Assembly: GCA_026026165.1 (NCBI GenBank)
Contig: JAPEUD010000044.1
Span: 62,001 to 126,000 of the forward strand
Direction of reading: 5' to 3'
DNA: 64,000 nt
Source: Sarea resinae
Taxonomy: Eukaryota
This document shows, piece after piece, positions 49,980-63,338 of the stretch; within the stretch, counting starts at the first letter, position 1, and the number at the start of each line of letters is the position of its first letter. Under the pieces are notes generated by a model. That model was not told where the DNA came from and did not search any database. It saw nothing but the letters and a program-made list of their open reading frames with translations. Position numbers and translations under genes: made by a program.

Positions 49980-52113
49980 AGGAGATTATTGTTGCAGCAG
50001 ATCGTGTATAGTACGTATAGAATTATCGGACTAGATTTCAAAACGTAGTCGCCAAATACTGCGTACGTTGCTCATGAAATACGTTTGTGGATCGGGCATA
50101 AAGCCTGGGCTTGCGTGGGTGCAAAACGGCCAAGAGACTAGAGATGCCGTGATCCACCAGAAGCTTCATTCGCGAATGAAACTTGCTCATCATAATTTGA
50201 GCGATCTGAAGGAACGCAAGTGGGAGGACTCTGAAATAAGGACGGGATGACAGTTGGCCCCCTTTTCGATCCAAGCTACGAGGAATATATCCAACGAACG
50301 AAGATCAATGAGGCAGGCAGCGTACTTTCCCCGAGAAAAGAGGCTGATATGTCGCTCATGGCGCACGTCAGATGCCGCGTGTAAGTACCACATAGTATGC
50401 AAGGTACGCGGTCATCCGGTTACACCACTGGTATGGAGGTAGTACGGAGTACAGGGCACACAGCTCGAGCTTGCGTTGACATAGGAGAGATCACTTGAAA
50501 CGGACATGGCGCAATGATCAATACGTTTCAGCTTCATCCTTCTACGAGAGATGCACGAAGGGAAGTTCGGAATCTGTATGGGTGACAGCCCCAACCTTGC
50601 GTCCTACCTCATGAGGGGCCGTCCCTTTGATCCATCATGGATCCATGGATGGCTTTAACCTCTTTGCATGTCGTCCTCCTTCAGCGGGCCGCCGCCAGCC
50701 ACTTTCGGCTGATCCCCCCACCCCAAACGACGAGCTAAGGGCTGGGATGCAGAAAGCTTGAACTTACTACGAGATCGAGTCCTGGGGACCGATGCTGCAA
50801 GTACCGCTACTTGGAATCTATCCTCAACAAACGCTGGGGCCCTCTGGCTCGAGCAGCACCTTGGAGCTCCAGTGTACCTGCTCTGCATACGAAGTAGCCG
50901 CTACCGGTCTGACAGTTACCCATCTACCTATCCTAGGTACTGGGTACTGCGTAGATAAGATAAGGCTTTGATGGGGTGCGAAGTGGAAGATCAAGGAACG
51001 CCCGGAGAATCGCTGCCATCGTATTCATGCTACCTACCTCTCTCAGAGTGTTGGATGCCAGATCCCATGATCTGACCTTGTCTCCTGCTAATACGATACG
51101 GGGGTTGCATCCCGCACTAGACCGAACTGGCCGGATGAGATCCAGTGTGAAGTTGCGAGATGATGCGCTTGAAGGGTCCCCGAAGAGTACCGGGTACTCG
51201 CACGTCCGTAGCTTCGTACTCCGTACCTAGAGTACTTGGCCTCTCTTTACCCGCCCATCCTCGTAACAGAGAGAGTCAACCTTGAGGACAGGTGTACTCG
51301 GAGTACCGCCAGCGTCGAAAACGTCGATCGAAGCGTTGGCGGACCCCAAAGAGAACGTGTAAAGCATATCCCAAGCTCTCAGTTGCCGTCAATATTGACC
51401 TTGGTAGAGAGGCTGTCGCTGTGGTGTCTTACCTCACGGGGCAGCCACGATGTTTTATCGCAAGCCTCTAACCCCTATGATGACGATGATGATGGTCTGC
51501 TTCGCGAAGGGAACCAATATGGGCGGCGGCTTGCGCGGCGGGAGAGGCTAAGGCAGTAGCAAGCCCGCCTAGGCAGCGTCGAGTCCAGCCGTGTTCATCG
51601 CTATTTGAGGAACCCTGAGTGTTATATACCTACCTACCTTACTTACGGAGTATGTGAGTAGTACTACGGAGTAGATAGGTACGAGGGCATTCTGCCATCA
51701 CGCTCCCCACTCGATGATAGTTCCCTTGTCCCTATTCAGCTGTTCCCCCTGGAGCTGATCTCTGATCGATCCATCCAACAGCATCTGCTATTCTGCGCAC
51801 TCGAGTCTCTCCTGGCGTCCTACTTGATGGTACCGCAGGCATTGCAGCGTCAGCTGGAGGTGCGTTCCCGGTACTTCCATTGACCACAGTCGACGTGATT
51901 CCGGCCCGGCCCAGTTGATCTCGCAACGTGGTGAGTACTGAGTACGTCTACACTGGCATTCATTCTCTCGCTCTACCTCACCAAACCAGCCAACCTTGAG
52001 CCCATCGACTTCCCGGCAATCCTGCCATCTACCTCGTATTCTCGAATCGATTTCTCCCGCCGCTGCAGGATCGCTCTGGCACAAAATCGTATCCATCCAA
52101 TACGCCTCCCGTG

Positions 52114-52132
52114 AAAAAAAAAAAAAAAAAAA
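52114..52132 (+). repeat. Poly-A tract (19 nt) upstream of OCH1
   Basis: Direct reading. Confidence 0.9.
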
Positions 52133-52591
52133 CACGCACACGATCCAATCACGGGTCCGATCTGGCAGCACATGCTCGCCGAATAATCACCGACCTGATC
52201 AAACCGCCCTCGAATCCGACACCTCACTCTAGTATTTCAGACCCAGCACAACGCCAACAAATCCTGTTCCGGCGCTGCAGTGGCTGTAACTTGTGGCTGC
52301 GTTGCCGTGCATCTCAACCTAGATCTCTTCATCTCCGCAGATCGAGTTATCCTCTCAAATTGCACAGATTGCAGCAGTCGCCAGAGGCATACATTGGATC
52401 CTTCGCATCACATCAGGACTAGCTTTCGGTATTCGTCTTCATGCTTCAAAAAGTCGACAGAACACATGCAAGCGTTATAACAACGTTTTCGCGTCGTTAA
52501 TTTCGAGTCATCTACTGAAAACTACACCCTCTCCAGTGGGAATATCTCTCACACTTCGACGGTTCGCCGACTGTTCTAAGCATTGGCTAAA

Positions 52592-53804
52592 ATGCTCACC
52601 TTCAGAAGATCGCTCATAGTAGCAGCCTTCATCCTCACATTCTTTTTCCTCTTACGATCCTCACATTCTCCGTCGACTGCCGGGCCTCACCCTATACAAA
52701 ACGATGTCTCTGTGCAAAAGGCCGAAGCCAATATCGCGGATAGTGCCTCGAGGCAGAAGACTACCATACGACCCACTCTACAGACATCGGTTCCGCGAAG
52801 GCCCAGTGCAATCGGGCAACAAGCGCCCAAGAAAGACGCAGAGAGACAACAGACAATTGCGGACATTTCAGGAAAGCCATTGAGAGATCAATTGGCTTAT
52901 CAGTTCCCTTACGACGTGGAAGGGAAGTTTCCGGCTTATATCTGGCAAACATGGAAATACACTCCTGCATCTGGCGAATTTGGCGAAGATTTTCGCCCGG
53001 CAGAAGCTAGCTGGACAGAGCTACATCCCGGCTTTGTCCACGAGGTTATCACCGATCAGGTAGCAGTGCATCTTATGAGACACCTCTACGCCTCTGTGCC
53101 TGAAGTCCTTGAAGCATATACGTCCCTGCCCCTTCCAATCTTGAAGGCCGACTTTTTCCGATACCTCATCTTACTTGCGCGAGGAGGCATTTACGCCGAT
53201 ATCGACACCATTGCATTGAAGGCGACTACTGAATGGATACCGGAAGAAGTAGAGCGGTCGACCATCGGACTAGTAGTCGGCATCGAGGCGGATCCCGATC
53301 GGCCAGACTGGGCTCAGTGGTACTCTAGACGTATCCAATTCTGCCAGTGGACCATCCAATCTAAGCCGGGACACCCGATCCTTCGAGACATTGTTGCTAC
53401 GATTACCGAGGAGACCCTGAGGATGAAGAAGGAGGGAAAGCTTGCGGCAAAGGAGAAAAGCGTTGTAGAGTATACGGGTCCCGCGGCGTGGACTGACGCC
53501 ATAAATCGCTATTTCAACGATGATCAATATTTCGATATGTCCAGCAGCAAGGGAAATATCACATGGGAGCATTTCACCGGCATGAAGCAGCCTAAGAGGG
53601 TGGGCGATGTTGTGGTGTTGCCAATCACGTCCTTTAGCCCCGGTGTAGGTCAAATGGGCGCTGGTGAACCAGATGATCCAATGGCTTTTGTCAAGCACGA
53701 GTTTGGAGGTGAGTGATATCATATTTTCTTCGTTTTGCCGTATATCTTGACTAATCCATCTAGGTACCTGGAAACCCGAGTCCGAACGCCATGTGGGCGA
53801 ATAG
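52592..53804 (+). CDS. OCH1: Initiation-specific alpha-1,6-mannosyltransferase (GT32); 2 exons
   Basis: Type II anchor MLTFRRSLIVAAFILTFFFLL; QFPYD, IWQTWK, KADFFRYLILLARGGIYADID (DXD), GIEADPDRPDW, RRIQFCQWTIQSKPGHP, TGPAAWTD, LPITSFSPG, HEFGG|TWK. Confidence 0.95.
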
Positions 53805-54917
53805 AGATCCTAACGATTTATGTCCGTGTCATCGTCGCTTTCATTACCATATTTAAATCGCCCATCATGTCTCCATCTACTTCAACGTCCTCAAATCCTC
53901 CCGAAGTCATGCTCTACGGTCACCGAACCGGGTACTCAAGAACAACGAGCTATCTCCCTGCTCTCTGGCCAGGACTGCGGTCTCCATTACGAATCTCCCG
54001 TTGTCCAGATAGATTCGTCTTCTTTGTTTGCTACGCAGGCACTTTCCTCATATTCCTAGCCATCTGGATACCCATCAGACCCATCAGATTCATCAGACCT
54101 AACTACTTGCGCGTGGGCCAAGCGAAAAAGATCCCAATCGAATCACGGCACACTTTCTCAAGAGCTGAACTCTGTGCTTGTTTCTGGAAATCAACCCGCC
54201 CTTGGCTCAAATGCTCGTTTAGACGCTCTATATATGCTGTGTGGTCTCTGTGATGGGGCATTTCTCCCCTTCCTCAAATGTTATCGGTATATCATGCTAC
54301 TCTTCAATCGTGCCGTGTGCTGGGTGCTTTCTACCTCTCGTTCGTCTACTCTTCTTGTGTTCTTTTCCTAAATCGTGATGCTCTACTTTTTGGCGGCGCG
54401 GGATTGCACGATGTAGAGGAATACTGGTAGCTTTCTTATATGGTTCGTTCCGGGGTCTATTTTACGAATATGAATTAGAAATATTGGAATGGTATACGTT
54501 CAAGGGTCTCGAAGAGTGCAATAAGGACGTGAAATTGGGCATCAAAGCGACTACTGAGTTCGTAGTATATAGATTAAAGCGGTAACTATACTCGCGCAGA
54601 TCAACGATCTGACAAGTGAGAGTGTACAGCGACGCTGGGGCTGACACTGACTGAATCCATCATGGCAATAAAGTTGAGAAAACAGAGGAATTGGAAAATG
54701 GTAGGCGGCTAATACATGAGGGAAAAAGAAGTAGGCTACAAAAGAAGAAGAGCTGCTTGAAGAGGGCCGACCTCCCAAACGCAAAGGGGATGGAAATACC
54801 AAAATACAATGTTCATGACTCGAAAACCCATCACTGTCCATTCGACCATGTCGCTGTCGGCTTTCTCTTATTGGGAAACCGTGCTCATGATATCGGACGA
54901 GCCCACTCCCATCCCGC

Positions 54918-55829
54918 CTACTTCTTCCCCTGCAGATGCCACTCGAACACCTTCTCGAATACGCCCTTGCCTCCCGTCTCGATGACGTCCCCATGGCAAG
55001 GGATGATCTTATCGAAATCCCACCCGGCGATCCTCTGGACACTCTTGTTGAAGCCGTCCCTATTCGAGCTACTAAAGCCATACCACAACATGCGCTTCTG
55101 CCATGTGGCCGGGCCATGCGCGCTCTGGATGGCGCCGAAGAGCTTGGTGAAGACGCCGCTGTTGGGGTCGAGGCCCGTCTTGGAATACTGCTCGGTGGCC
55201 GGCAGGTTGAACATCAGGTCGGCCTCGATGAGGGTCTTGTCCGGGCGGTAGTTGACCACGAGTTCCTTGTTGGGGTGCACGGGCACGTACTCGATGTCGA
55301 AGACGGCGTCGAATTCGGCGTCCACGGACGGGTGGTTGCCGTGGCAGTGCTCGGCCTTGTAGACGACGTCGAAGTCGACGTGCTCGTTCTTCTGCGCCGC
55401 CCGCTTCTCGGGCAGGCCCTCGGGCCCGAGCACTTTGGCCGTCGGGAAGGCCGCCTTCCAGTCCGAGAGGAAGATGTGGTGTTCGATGTCGGTGGCGGCG
55501 AGGTAGCGGACTTGGCCGCCGAGTTTGGCAATCTCGGCTTGCACGGCCGGGGTCAGGGCTACGGGGGAGAAGACGGCGAGGGTGTTGTTGGGGAGGCGGA
55601 CTGGGTGTTGTTTGGCCATGTCAGTACGACTGCATCGGGGATGACTTTTATCTATCGGCCAACAAATGAGCAGCAGCTTACCGATTGTACCGCGACCACC
55701 GATCTTGATCTTTCCAAACCGAAGGAACGGCACCGAGCAAGTGACAATGTTGGGCGTGACATTGCGGATCACCATCACTTCGTCCGGGTTGCTCGGGATG
55801 AGCTTGATGTCGGCTTTCGTAGGCGCCAT
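54918..55829 (-). CDS. DUF4336 / metallo-beta-lactamase-fold protein; 2 exons (81-nt intron 55681-55601)
   Basis: SVPFLRFGKIKIGGRGTI|VRLPNNTLAVFSPVALT, ATDIEHHIFL, NKELV, TLIEADLMFNLPATEQY, WDFDKIIPCHGDVIETGGK. Confidence 0.85.
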   Translation of the reverse strand: MAPTKADIKLIPSNPDEVMVIRNVTPNIVTCSVPFLRFGKIKIGGRGTIGKLLLICWPIDKSHPRCSRTDMAKQHPVRLPNNTLAVFSPVALTPAVQAEIAKLGGQVRYLAATDIEHHIFLSDWKAAFPTAKVLGPEGLPEKRAAQKNEHVDFDVVYKAEHCHGNHPSVDAEFDAVFDIEYVPVHPNKELVVNYRPDKTLIEADLMFNLPATEQYSKTGLDPNSGVFTKLFGAIQSAHGPATWQKRMLWYGFSSSNRDGFNKSVQRIAGWDFDKIIPCHGDVIETGGKGVFEKVFEWHLQGKK

Positions 55830-57509
55830 CGTGGAACTGTGATGGTCGTCCTAGTGGGTTGATGCTTTCAGGTCGACAGCACGGTTGAGAGGAGAATAGT
55901 GAAAGAGATGTTGAGGATAGAGGAGGTCGGGGTCGGTATTCTAGGGGGAGAGAATATTGAAGGGTGAAGAACGAAGAAGGGAGAGCAAACGCGGAGCCTA
56001 CTAGTAGTCGGAGGGCAAATGCACGTTGGAGGATAGATGATGTAACCCATCGGGCTAGACGAGCAATGGTCCCTCGTTCTAGAACTTTGGGGTCCCGAGC
56101 CGCCTCCTGCGCCCAAGGAGCTCCTTTGCTAAGGTACCTATTCATCTTCCAAAGACTGCTTGATCAACAGGTGTCAATGCTGTGCTTCGTAGACGGTCTA
56201 CTCTACGGATTTGTCCTCCTTACTACTGTTCGACCAACATCTTCATAATCATCCAGCCCCCTATTGTTGCCACGAAGGGTGTGACTCGAACAGGCGTCGA
56301 CTCGCTCTATCTCGCAAAGCAATTTCGTGATACTCGAGGTATCTCGTACCTCGGAGTACTATTACTATGAGAACACCCTATCTCGCCAGTGACAAAGGCC
56401 TAGCCCACGCGACTTTTGTCATCTCTATCAACATCAGATCATCAACGCAGAATTGTGCTTTTCAGTGGCCGGGGACTCGCCCATCCCGAGCCGGAAATGC
56501 TATGTTCTCCTCCCCGTCCTCTCTACGCAATCGGTAGTCACTACTAGAGTACCTCTGCAGCTTTCAAACCATTTGTCCCCCTGGCCAAAGGTGCCATAAT
56601 GGCCCGATACAGGATTACTCATCTATCAATTAGCCTACGATCGAGTTCATGCCAAGGCTTGCTTGGCTAAAGACGCGTCTCAGCTTAGAGAGGAATGACT
56701 AGACTACAGTACCTGATTTTGTTCTGTTCCACTTCTACTCCGAGTACTATTCATCCCCGACTCTTGTTCTACTTCGTATCGTGTAATCTTAGCCACCTGG
56801 AGTACAATGCAATCAAGCCCCTTTTCATCTTTGCCATTCGCTCCTTTCATATAATACCATGATTGCTCCAACGACTCCCTGCATGAAAGAGCTTGCCATC
56901 GTCAGCATGGCAGCGTCTTGCTTCATACGCACCGATTCATCCCCCTCACTTGTGACATGGCTCAAATCAGATCAGATGAAGAAAATTCCAGGGAGTATCA
57001 TGTTTGCGCTATTAAGTGTCGTATGCGTGTAACACTCGAGACGGTGTATTGGCGAAGTAAACAGAAGAGAAGAGATGAAAAGCAGAACGGAAACGAAAAG
57101 AACGAAGAAAAAAAAAGAAGAGAAAAGAAAGAAGAATAGAGGATACGCATACACTCAAACGCCCAAAAATGTAGTCTGCACCTTAGCCAACAGGGGAAAA
57201 CTGTAAGAACCTGCATCAAAACGACACACGCAAAATTCATGCCCATGCATTCGACAAGAGAGGAATGAAAAAAGGATCCTGTTATCACACATATCATCCC
57301 AAGCCATACATGCACGCAAAAGACGCAGGAGTGCAAGATACAAAGAGAATCGAGGAGCAGTAAATGCTCTGCTCCCTAACTCGCTGCCGCCCACCCGCCG
57401 CTGAACCACATGCCATCTAAAAAATCACAATCGTGAGTTGGTCTTGACATATGTTGCAAAGTCTACCCCCCAGCCCCAAGATCTTCGCCGCTCGCTACCG
57501 TTGTTTCCG

Positions 57510-60500
57510 TCATTGGGCCTTGCTCCAAAAGTCAAGGCTGGCCGTTATGTCGTCACCAGCTTCATCCTCGTAAGCGTACAATATCTGAAAAGCGTGTCAG
57601 TAATATATAGTAGATAAATTTAGCTGCGCAAAGGGCAAAAGACAAACCTCTCTCGTCGAAGAATGCAGCATTCGAATATTCTTTGCGGTCAGAATGTGAA
57701 CCAGGGCACCAGTCTCGATGTGCCGTATCTCAATGAAGCTAGGCTCAAATGCTAGGATATATGGATAAGATAGGGCAAATGATTCCGGTTTACCCTCCCA
57801 CATTATCTTCCAATCTGGCCGGGCTCGCCAGCCATTTCGATTGACGAAAAATGAAAATTCCGAATAGTTGAGCAGAAATTCCCCACTAAGACGTTCGATA
57901 TGTATAGGCTTTATGTTCTCTTTTCGAGCAACAAAATCCAGCGAAGTATCAGCCTGGTCGAGCAAGGACTGTGTTTCGAGTGTTTCAAGGCTGACGACCT
58001 CGAACCCCCGAGCACACCCAACGCAGAGCTTGGATTTCAAGAAGTGAATTGAAGTAGACTCGGTGGGGATATAGAATTCCTAAATTCATGTCAAAGATCC
58101 GCCTTCATAACACCATTTAGTAATATCGTACCTTGAAAGCCTTCAAAGAATCCTGCCCACCCTGGAACATCTTGCTGAAGGCAGGTTTCTTCTTGCCCTT
58201 TGACATGGATTCCATAGGCTCGAATACCTTGATCGTCGTGGAAAGTGCGGACGTCTTCACGCAACACACTAGATGTCTACCCAGGCATACTCCAGCCTTG
58301 AAGAAATTGGTATGGCTGATTTTCTTTGGCCTCTTAGCGAGTGACGAAGCACTCTCGTTCGGGTCTAGAGCCTCCATCGGATAAGAGAACAACGTCTTGT
58401 TGGACAGCACAAGAAGCAGTGAATACTCCTCGAGGACATCAACCTGAGTAACATTGCTGACATCCAATACACGTTTAGGTCTGGCCGAAATCTCTTTTGG
58501 TTTACGATCCGAAACGTATACACCGGCGTCTGTACCGTAGACAAGCTTTCGACCTCCGTCTGTGCTTCACGTTAGAAGATGCATTCTTTGCTTGGTGTCA
58601 AACATACCAATAGGGACAAGACAATTGACTTGATTAGCAGTTGTGAAGAAGTTGTCGCTTAGAACCGTCTTCGTGTAGAAGTTACTACGCTCCCTGAGGA
58701 GTCTCTGCTGGGTTTCAATGTGCTCCATCCATTTCTTACGCTGTACGTGCGAGGTAGCGTAGAGCGTGAGCTCGTAGCCTCCTTTGCCAAGATGCTTGAA
58801 TGTTATCGGAAAGCCCTGTTTGGCGGTCGGGTCTGCTTTCGGCGTGTTGGCTGCAGTCTTGGCTCCGGGGATAAGACTTGATGATGGCCGCTTCGGAATA
58901 CCGATCTTGGGAATGACCTCGTCCATTTGAGTGATGACAAGGAGTTCGAGAGGAATTGGTTTGCGATAGACCTTCAATTCTTCCCGTTTATTGACTACTT
59001 TGGTACGAACGAGCAGCACAGCATGATCGAACAGGTATGCCTGTATATCGCTGTTGTCCGAAGGCCCCTTCTTAAGGGCACCCTTGAAAAGGAGCTGTCG
59101 GCTCTCTTCCGTTAGCTTAAGATCCACATATTCACCTTGCCGGAACTTGAGTTGCTGGTTTAGCTGCATTAGATTGAAGTGATTCTCGGCCTTTCCAGAT
59201 TCGATATTGACTCGCGATAAGAAATCCCGAATGAATTTGATAGCTTTTGGTAGATCCTGTTTATCTGGATTGTCATCTGCGGTGTACTTGAGGACATGCT
59301 CCAGGAGCAATGGATATCTTGCTAATCTCGTGGTTGGCTTGGTTAAGTACCCGTTGAGCTCCAATTTTCTTGACTCTTTCAGACGTTCGGTCTCGTCAAC
59401 GAAACGCGAAAACTGCGGGTTGGAGGCTCGCTCTTTTTCAAACTCATACTTTCCGTACAGTTGGTTTGCGCCATATTTGATGAAGGGTTCGAAGCGAGGC
59501 ACAAAGTCCAGAAATATGTCTCCGACGTTTCTCACAACGGGGTTCTGTTGCTGTCTTCTCGTCAAAGCTTCTGCCATCTTGGAATTCACAGCATGCACCT
59601 CCAAGCAGTTGGAGAACACGGTACGGATAAACTTCTCTCGTCGGTGTTCGGGGATTGGAGATAGGCTTGCTGGGTTCGTAGACCGCAGAGGTTTCATCCA
59701 AAAGTCCCGCAGATACTCCAAATCTTTCACGAAATCTCGTTCCGTATACATTAATTCGCAGATGACCTCCTGTCGCTTCTTTTCTTTCTCGCTAACGCTG
59801 TCAGCGACCTCCTGGGATACAGTATTGATCCAGAGCTTCTGTTCGTCGCTCTCATCGGCGTGCAAGCTCGAGCGAGACTCCACCCGTTTCAACCCAGGCT
59901 GTGGTTTGAGGTTCAGACGGGCCTGCTGTTCCAGTCTACGAGGGCATGCTATGGAATAGCAAAGTCGATCCCGCGTACACGTAGGAGAATAACATTCAGT
60001 CAGAAGAGTGAAGACACCATTGACCTCTGAGGAATCTTCCATCAAAGTTTCTCTGAACTGGTATATTTCTTGGCCCGAGTCTCGTAGTCTGTGGTCGTAC
60101 GTCACATCATGAAAGAATTTCTGAGCATCAAGAGCTCTTCCTAGAAGTAAGGCCAGGTTTCTGTCGGTCGTCTTGATGATGTAGGCTATCAGGTCCACAG
60201 CCTCTTGCCCGGTAAAGGCGCTCTTGTAAGCTAACTCGTTTTTGTTGCGTTCTCCAACACCAATCCTCTCCCGAAACGTATCTGCTACCCTCGACAAAAG
60301 CGCAGGATACACGAGTGGTGTCCGCCGCTGACCCGGAGTAGTGGTAGTGACTGTCGTATTCTGTGTCGAGCCACTATTCGATTTATTCACCGAAGGACGG
60401 TGTTGCATCGAATCTGCACGTTCCGACTGCGCGACAATGGTAGATGCCATGGACATTGTGCGCGAGGCGGCATCTGACATGCTGGGTGACCTTGTTTTGG

Positions 60501-61299
60501 TAGCAGGGCCCATTGGTGCTGGAGGGTTGAATGCTCCATCCGGAGAAGATGGATTGATACCCGGCATATCCGGCCCTGACTCCCTCCGCCGGTTCGGTAT
60601 GACCCGTCCGCTCATCGTTTGCGTGTGGTCCCTATCATGAGAGTACGAGCTCATGGACATCGCTCGCTCATCATGCCGCTCCGGAACAATGCGCCCTTGA
60701 GCAGTGGTCCTTGCTAGCATGGATTGATAGGGTTGTTGCCTGAAAGCATTGGCTGGTGCTACGTGATAATTATTCGTGGGAGGCTGAAAAGCAGGGGGTC
60801 CGGTCATCGTCGCCATTGACCGGGAACGAAATGGATCAGCATTGAGCGAGGGGTTTTGCTGGTACATGCGATTCGGTGGAGGCTTATTGAATTGTTGTGG
60901 GGTCTGCTGTCGAGGGTCGATACGTTGAGGCTGAGGATATGGCCGACGATCCGGGTGTAGAGGTTGCGGAAGATATTGAGGCTGCGGTTGGGAGGGAACT
61001 TGACCGCTGGGCTGCCGTTGACCTTGGAAATACCCGTTCCTTGCCGGTTGCCCGTAGCCGTTCGATTGCTGACGAGGAGGTATGCCTCTTTGCATTGGAC
61101 CGTCGGGCATCTGCGATGTCATAGTCTGCGCACGATCAGGTTGCATCTGAGGAGATTGCGAAGTCATCGTCTGCGAACGGCCTGGAGGCGGAGCCGCACC
61201 AAAAATGGACGAGAAGGCCGCATCCCTTTGAAAGGACGAAGCGTGCCCATAGTTATTCGCTCGAGGAGGGCGACCCTGCTGCGTGCCGTAATCCGCCAT
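57510..61299 (-). CDS. ROM2: Rho1 guanine nucleotide exchange factor Rom2 (DEP-DH-PH-CNH); 4 exons
   Basis: DEP domain (AFTGQEAVD...DRNLALLLGRALDAQKFFHDV), DH (KRQEVICELMYTERDFV...KPTTRLARYPLLL), PH (YLFDHAVLL), CNH (KLCVGCARGFEVVSL, FIEIRH). Final exon ILYAYEDEAGDDITASLDFWSKAQ*. Confidence 0.95.
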
Positions 61300-61743
61300 G
61301 GAAGTGCGGAGTCAAATGTAGTCCGAAGCCTCAAGAGGCCTGGACGTGACGTCGCGGGAAGACAGCTCGACGCCCGTCGCCGATGTCAGCGTGATCAAGG
61401 CAGAATCGATACTTTGCTTATCCCAACCGACAGCCGCGATGTAATGGAATGGAAAGTGACAGCGCCGGATGACTGGTCGATATAGCAAGATACCCACCTC
61501 TGGCCTGTTCTGCTCTCGTGAAGAATGCTACACTGCACCAGGCGAGGTTGCAGATTGCAGGGCTTGGAGCAATCGACTACTCACTCGAGTTCGGGAGGCG
61601 CTACTGGGCGAAGATCGATCCAATCCTTGATCGGGTCGACGACAGCCGTCGGGGGGATATTCCGTGAATCTGTGATGAATCGCAGAGAGCCGAGTGATGG
61701 CCTTTCCCCAGGGTTGATGCAATGGCCGTGGAGAAGGGGAGGT

Positions 61744-61794
61744 GGAGGAGGAGGAGGAGCAGGAGCAGGAGCAGGAGGAGCAGGAGGAGCAGGA
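61744..61794. repeat. Compound (GGA)n/(GGAGCA)n microsatellite upstream of ROM2
   Basis: ggaggaggaggaggagcaggagcaggagcaggaggagcaggaggagcagga read directly. Confidence 0.9.
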
Positions 61795-62445
61795 TGAGGG
61801 AGATGATAGTGAGAACACCGACGAGCGTAAGCTAGGGAGACAGTGGTGATGGTAATCAGCTCGGGTTTGTTTGAAAAGGCCCAGTGGTAACGGTACGGAG
61901 GGTACCGTTCATACGGTGATAATTGTGGTCCTTTGGTCCTTTTGCGAAGAAAGACACGCCTGGGGCGCAGTACTCCGGAGTAGTCAGTACGATTTGCTGG
62001 TACACCTACCACACGATAGGTACTACGGTGTTATTGACTTGCTGGACGGACAGGATGCACACTCGAGACGGGTTCTGGCAATGTATAAAATAGCTGGACA
62101 CCACAATGACTGCCCCTCTTGTAAGGACGTTGTCACCGTTCATTCTCATCTCAGGTCTCCAATGCTCGGGCACGATAGTCATGGCAGGCAGTCATTTCTC
62201 CTGACTCGAACAGTAGAGGCACTCTTCTCTGGGCCCACGTGACATGAGGCCGCTTCCCCACGGCTTCGCCTAGGCTTGCCGCCCTCTGGATTACCTTACC
62301 TTACCTCACCTTACTAGCCCGGCTGTATTCGTATATCACCATCAACAGACAGCCAGCTTGCCGTTCTTCAGCAGCCAGTCCACCTTCACGACCGCAGCTT
62401 CTATACGTCTTGGTGATTGAGAAGCTTACAGTCCTCGATTTCGGC

Positions 62446-63338
62446 ATGGCGGAGGCAGATCTGGCGCCGAGGTTCGCGCCTTTCTTCGGCATGGTATGCT
62501 TCAAACCCTCATTCTGTCAAGCTAAGTCGGACTGACCGTTCGTTCAGGGTGGGATAGCATTTGCCGTAAGCTTCTCTCTGTCCAACCTTCTACTCTGTTG
62601 AAGCGCTCTGACATGGAACAGATGATATTCGGATGTATGTTCAAGCATACGACGAGAACGGGATGGGAAACATCTGACAATCGTTGATTACAGGCTATGG
62701 CGCAGCATACGGAACCGCCAAGTCAGGCATAGGCATTGCTGGGATAGGGGCATTCAGGCCGGACCTGATCATGAAGGTAAATCCAAATCCACTTCGATGA
62801 CTTTCCAATCACTGCCTCGAAAGATCTAACTAGCAGAATTTTAGTCTCTGATCCCCGTTGTCATGTCTGGTATCATTGCCGTCTATTCCCTTGTCATAGC
62901 AGTCCTCATTGCTGGAGATATTTCACCACCACCAGGACAGAATTACAGTCTGTTCAAGTGAGTACCTATGCGATGACCATGGAGGCTGGACATAGCCGTT
63001 CCTTCAGGTGCTGAACTTTTGCTACAGTGGCTTTATGCACCTCGCATGCGGACTCTCTGTAGGACTCACAGGGCTTGCCGCTGGTTATGCCATTGGAGTA
63101 GTCGGAGATACAGTAAGTGTCAACAGTACTGACAAAGATATATGGCCTGACGTCTTTGCAGGGTGTGCGAGCGTACATGCAGCAATCTAGGATCTTTGTT
63201 GGTATGATATTGATCCTGATCTTTGGGGAAGTCTTGGGATTATACGGGTGAGGCTCATCCTTTGCTTTTTGAGGATCATTACTGACTTGTCATAGTCTCA
63301 TCGTTGCTCTCATTCTAAACACTAAAAGCCGCGGTTGA
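62446..63338 (+). CDS. VMA11: V-type ATPase proteolipid subunit c'; 8 exons
   Basis: Spliced: [68 protein letters not shown]...|GFMHLACGL...|[42 protein letters not shown]. The [17 protein letters not shown] pattern suggests c' rather than c. Confidence 0.9.

Noticed and set aside
54936..55862. 308-aa plus-strand ORF as an independent gene
   Set aside because: It is the codon-phased antisense shadow of the GC3-rich DUF4336 gene, with a composition (V/L/G/E/D) typical of such shadows.
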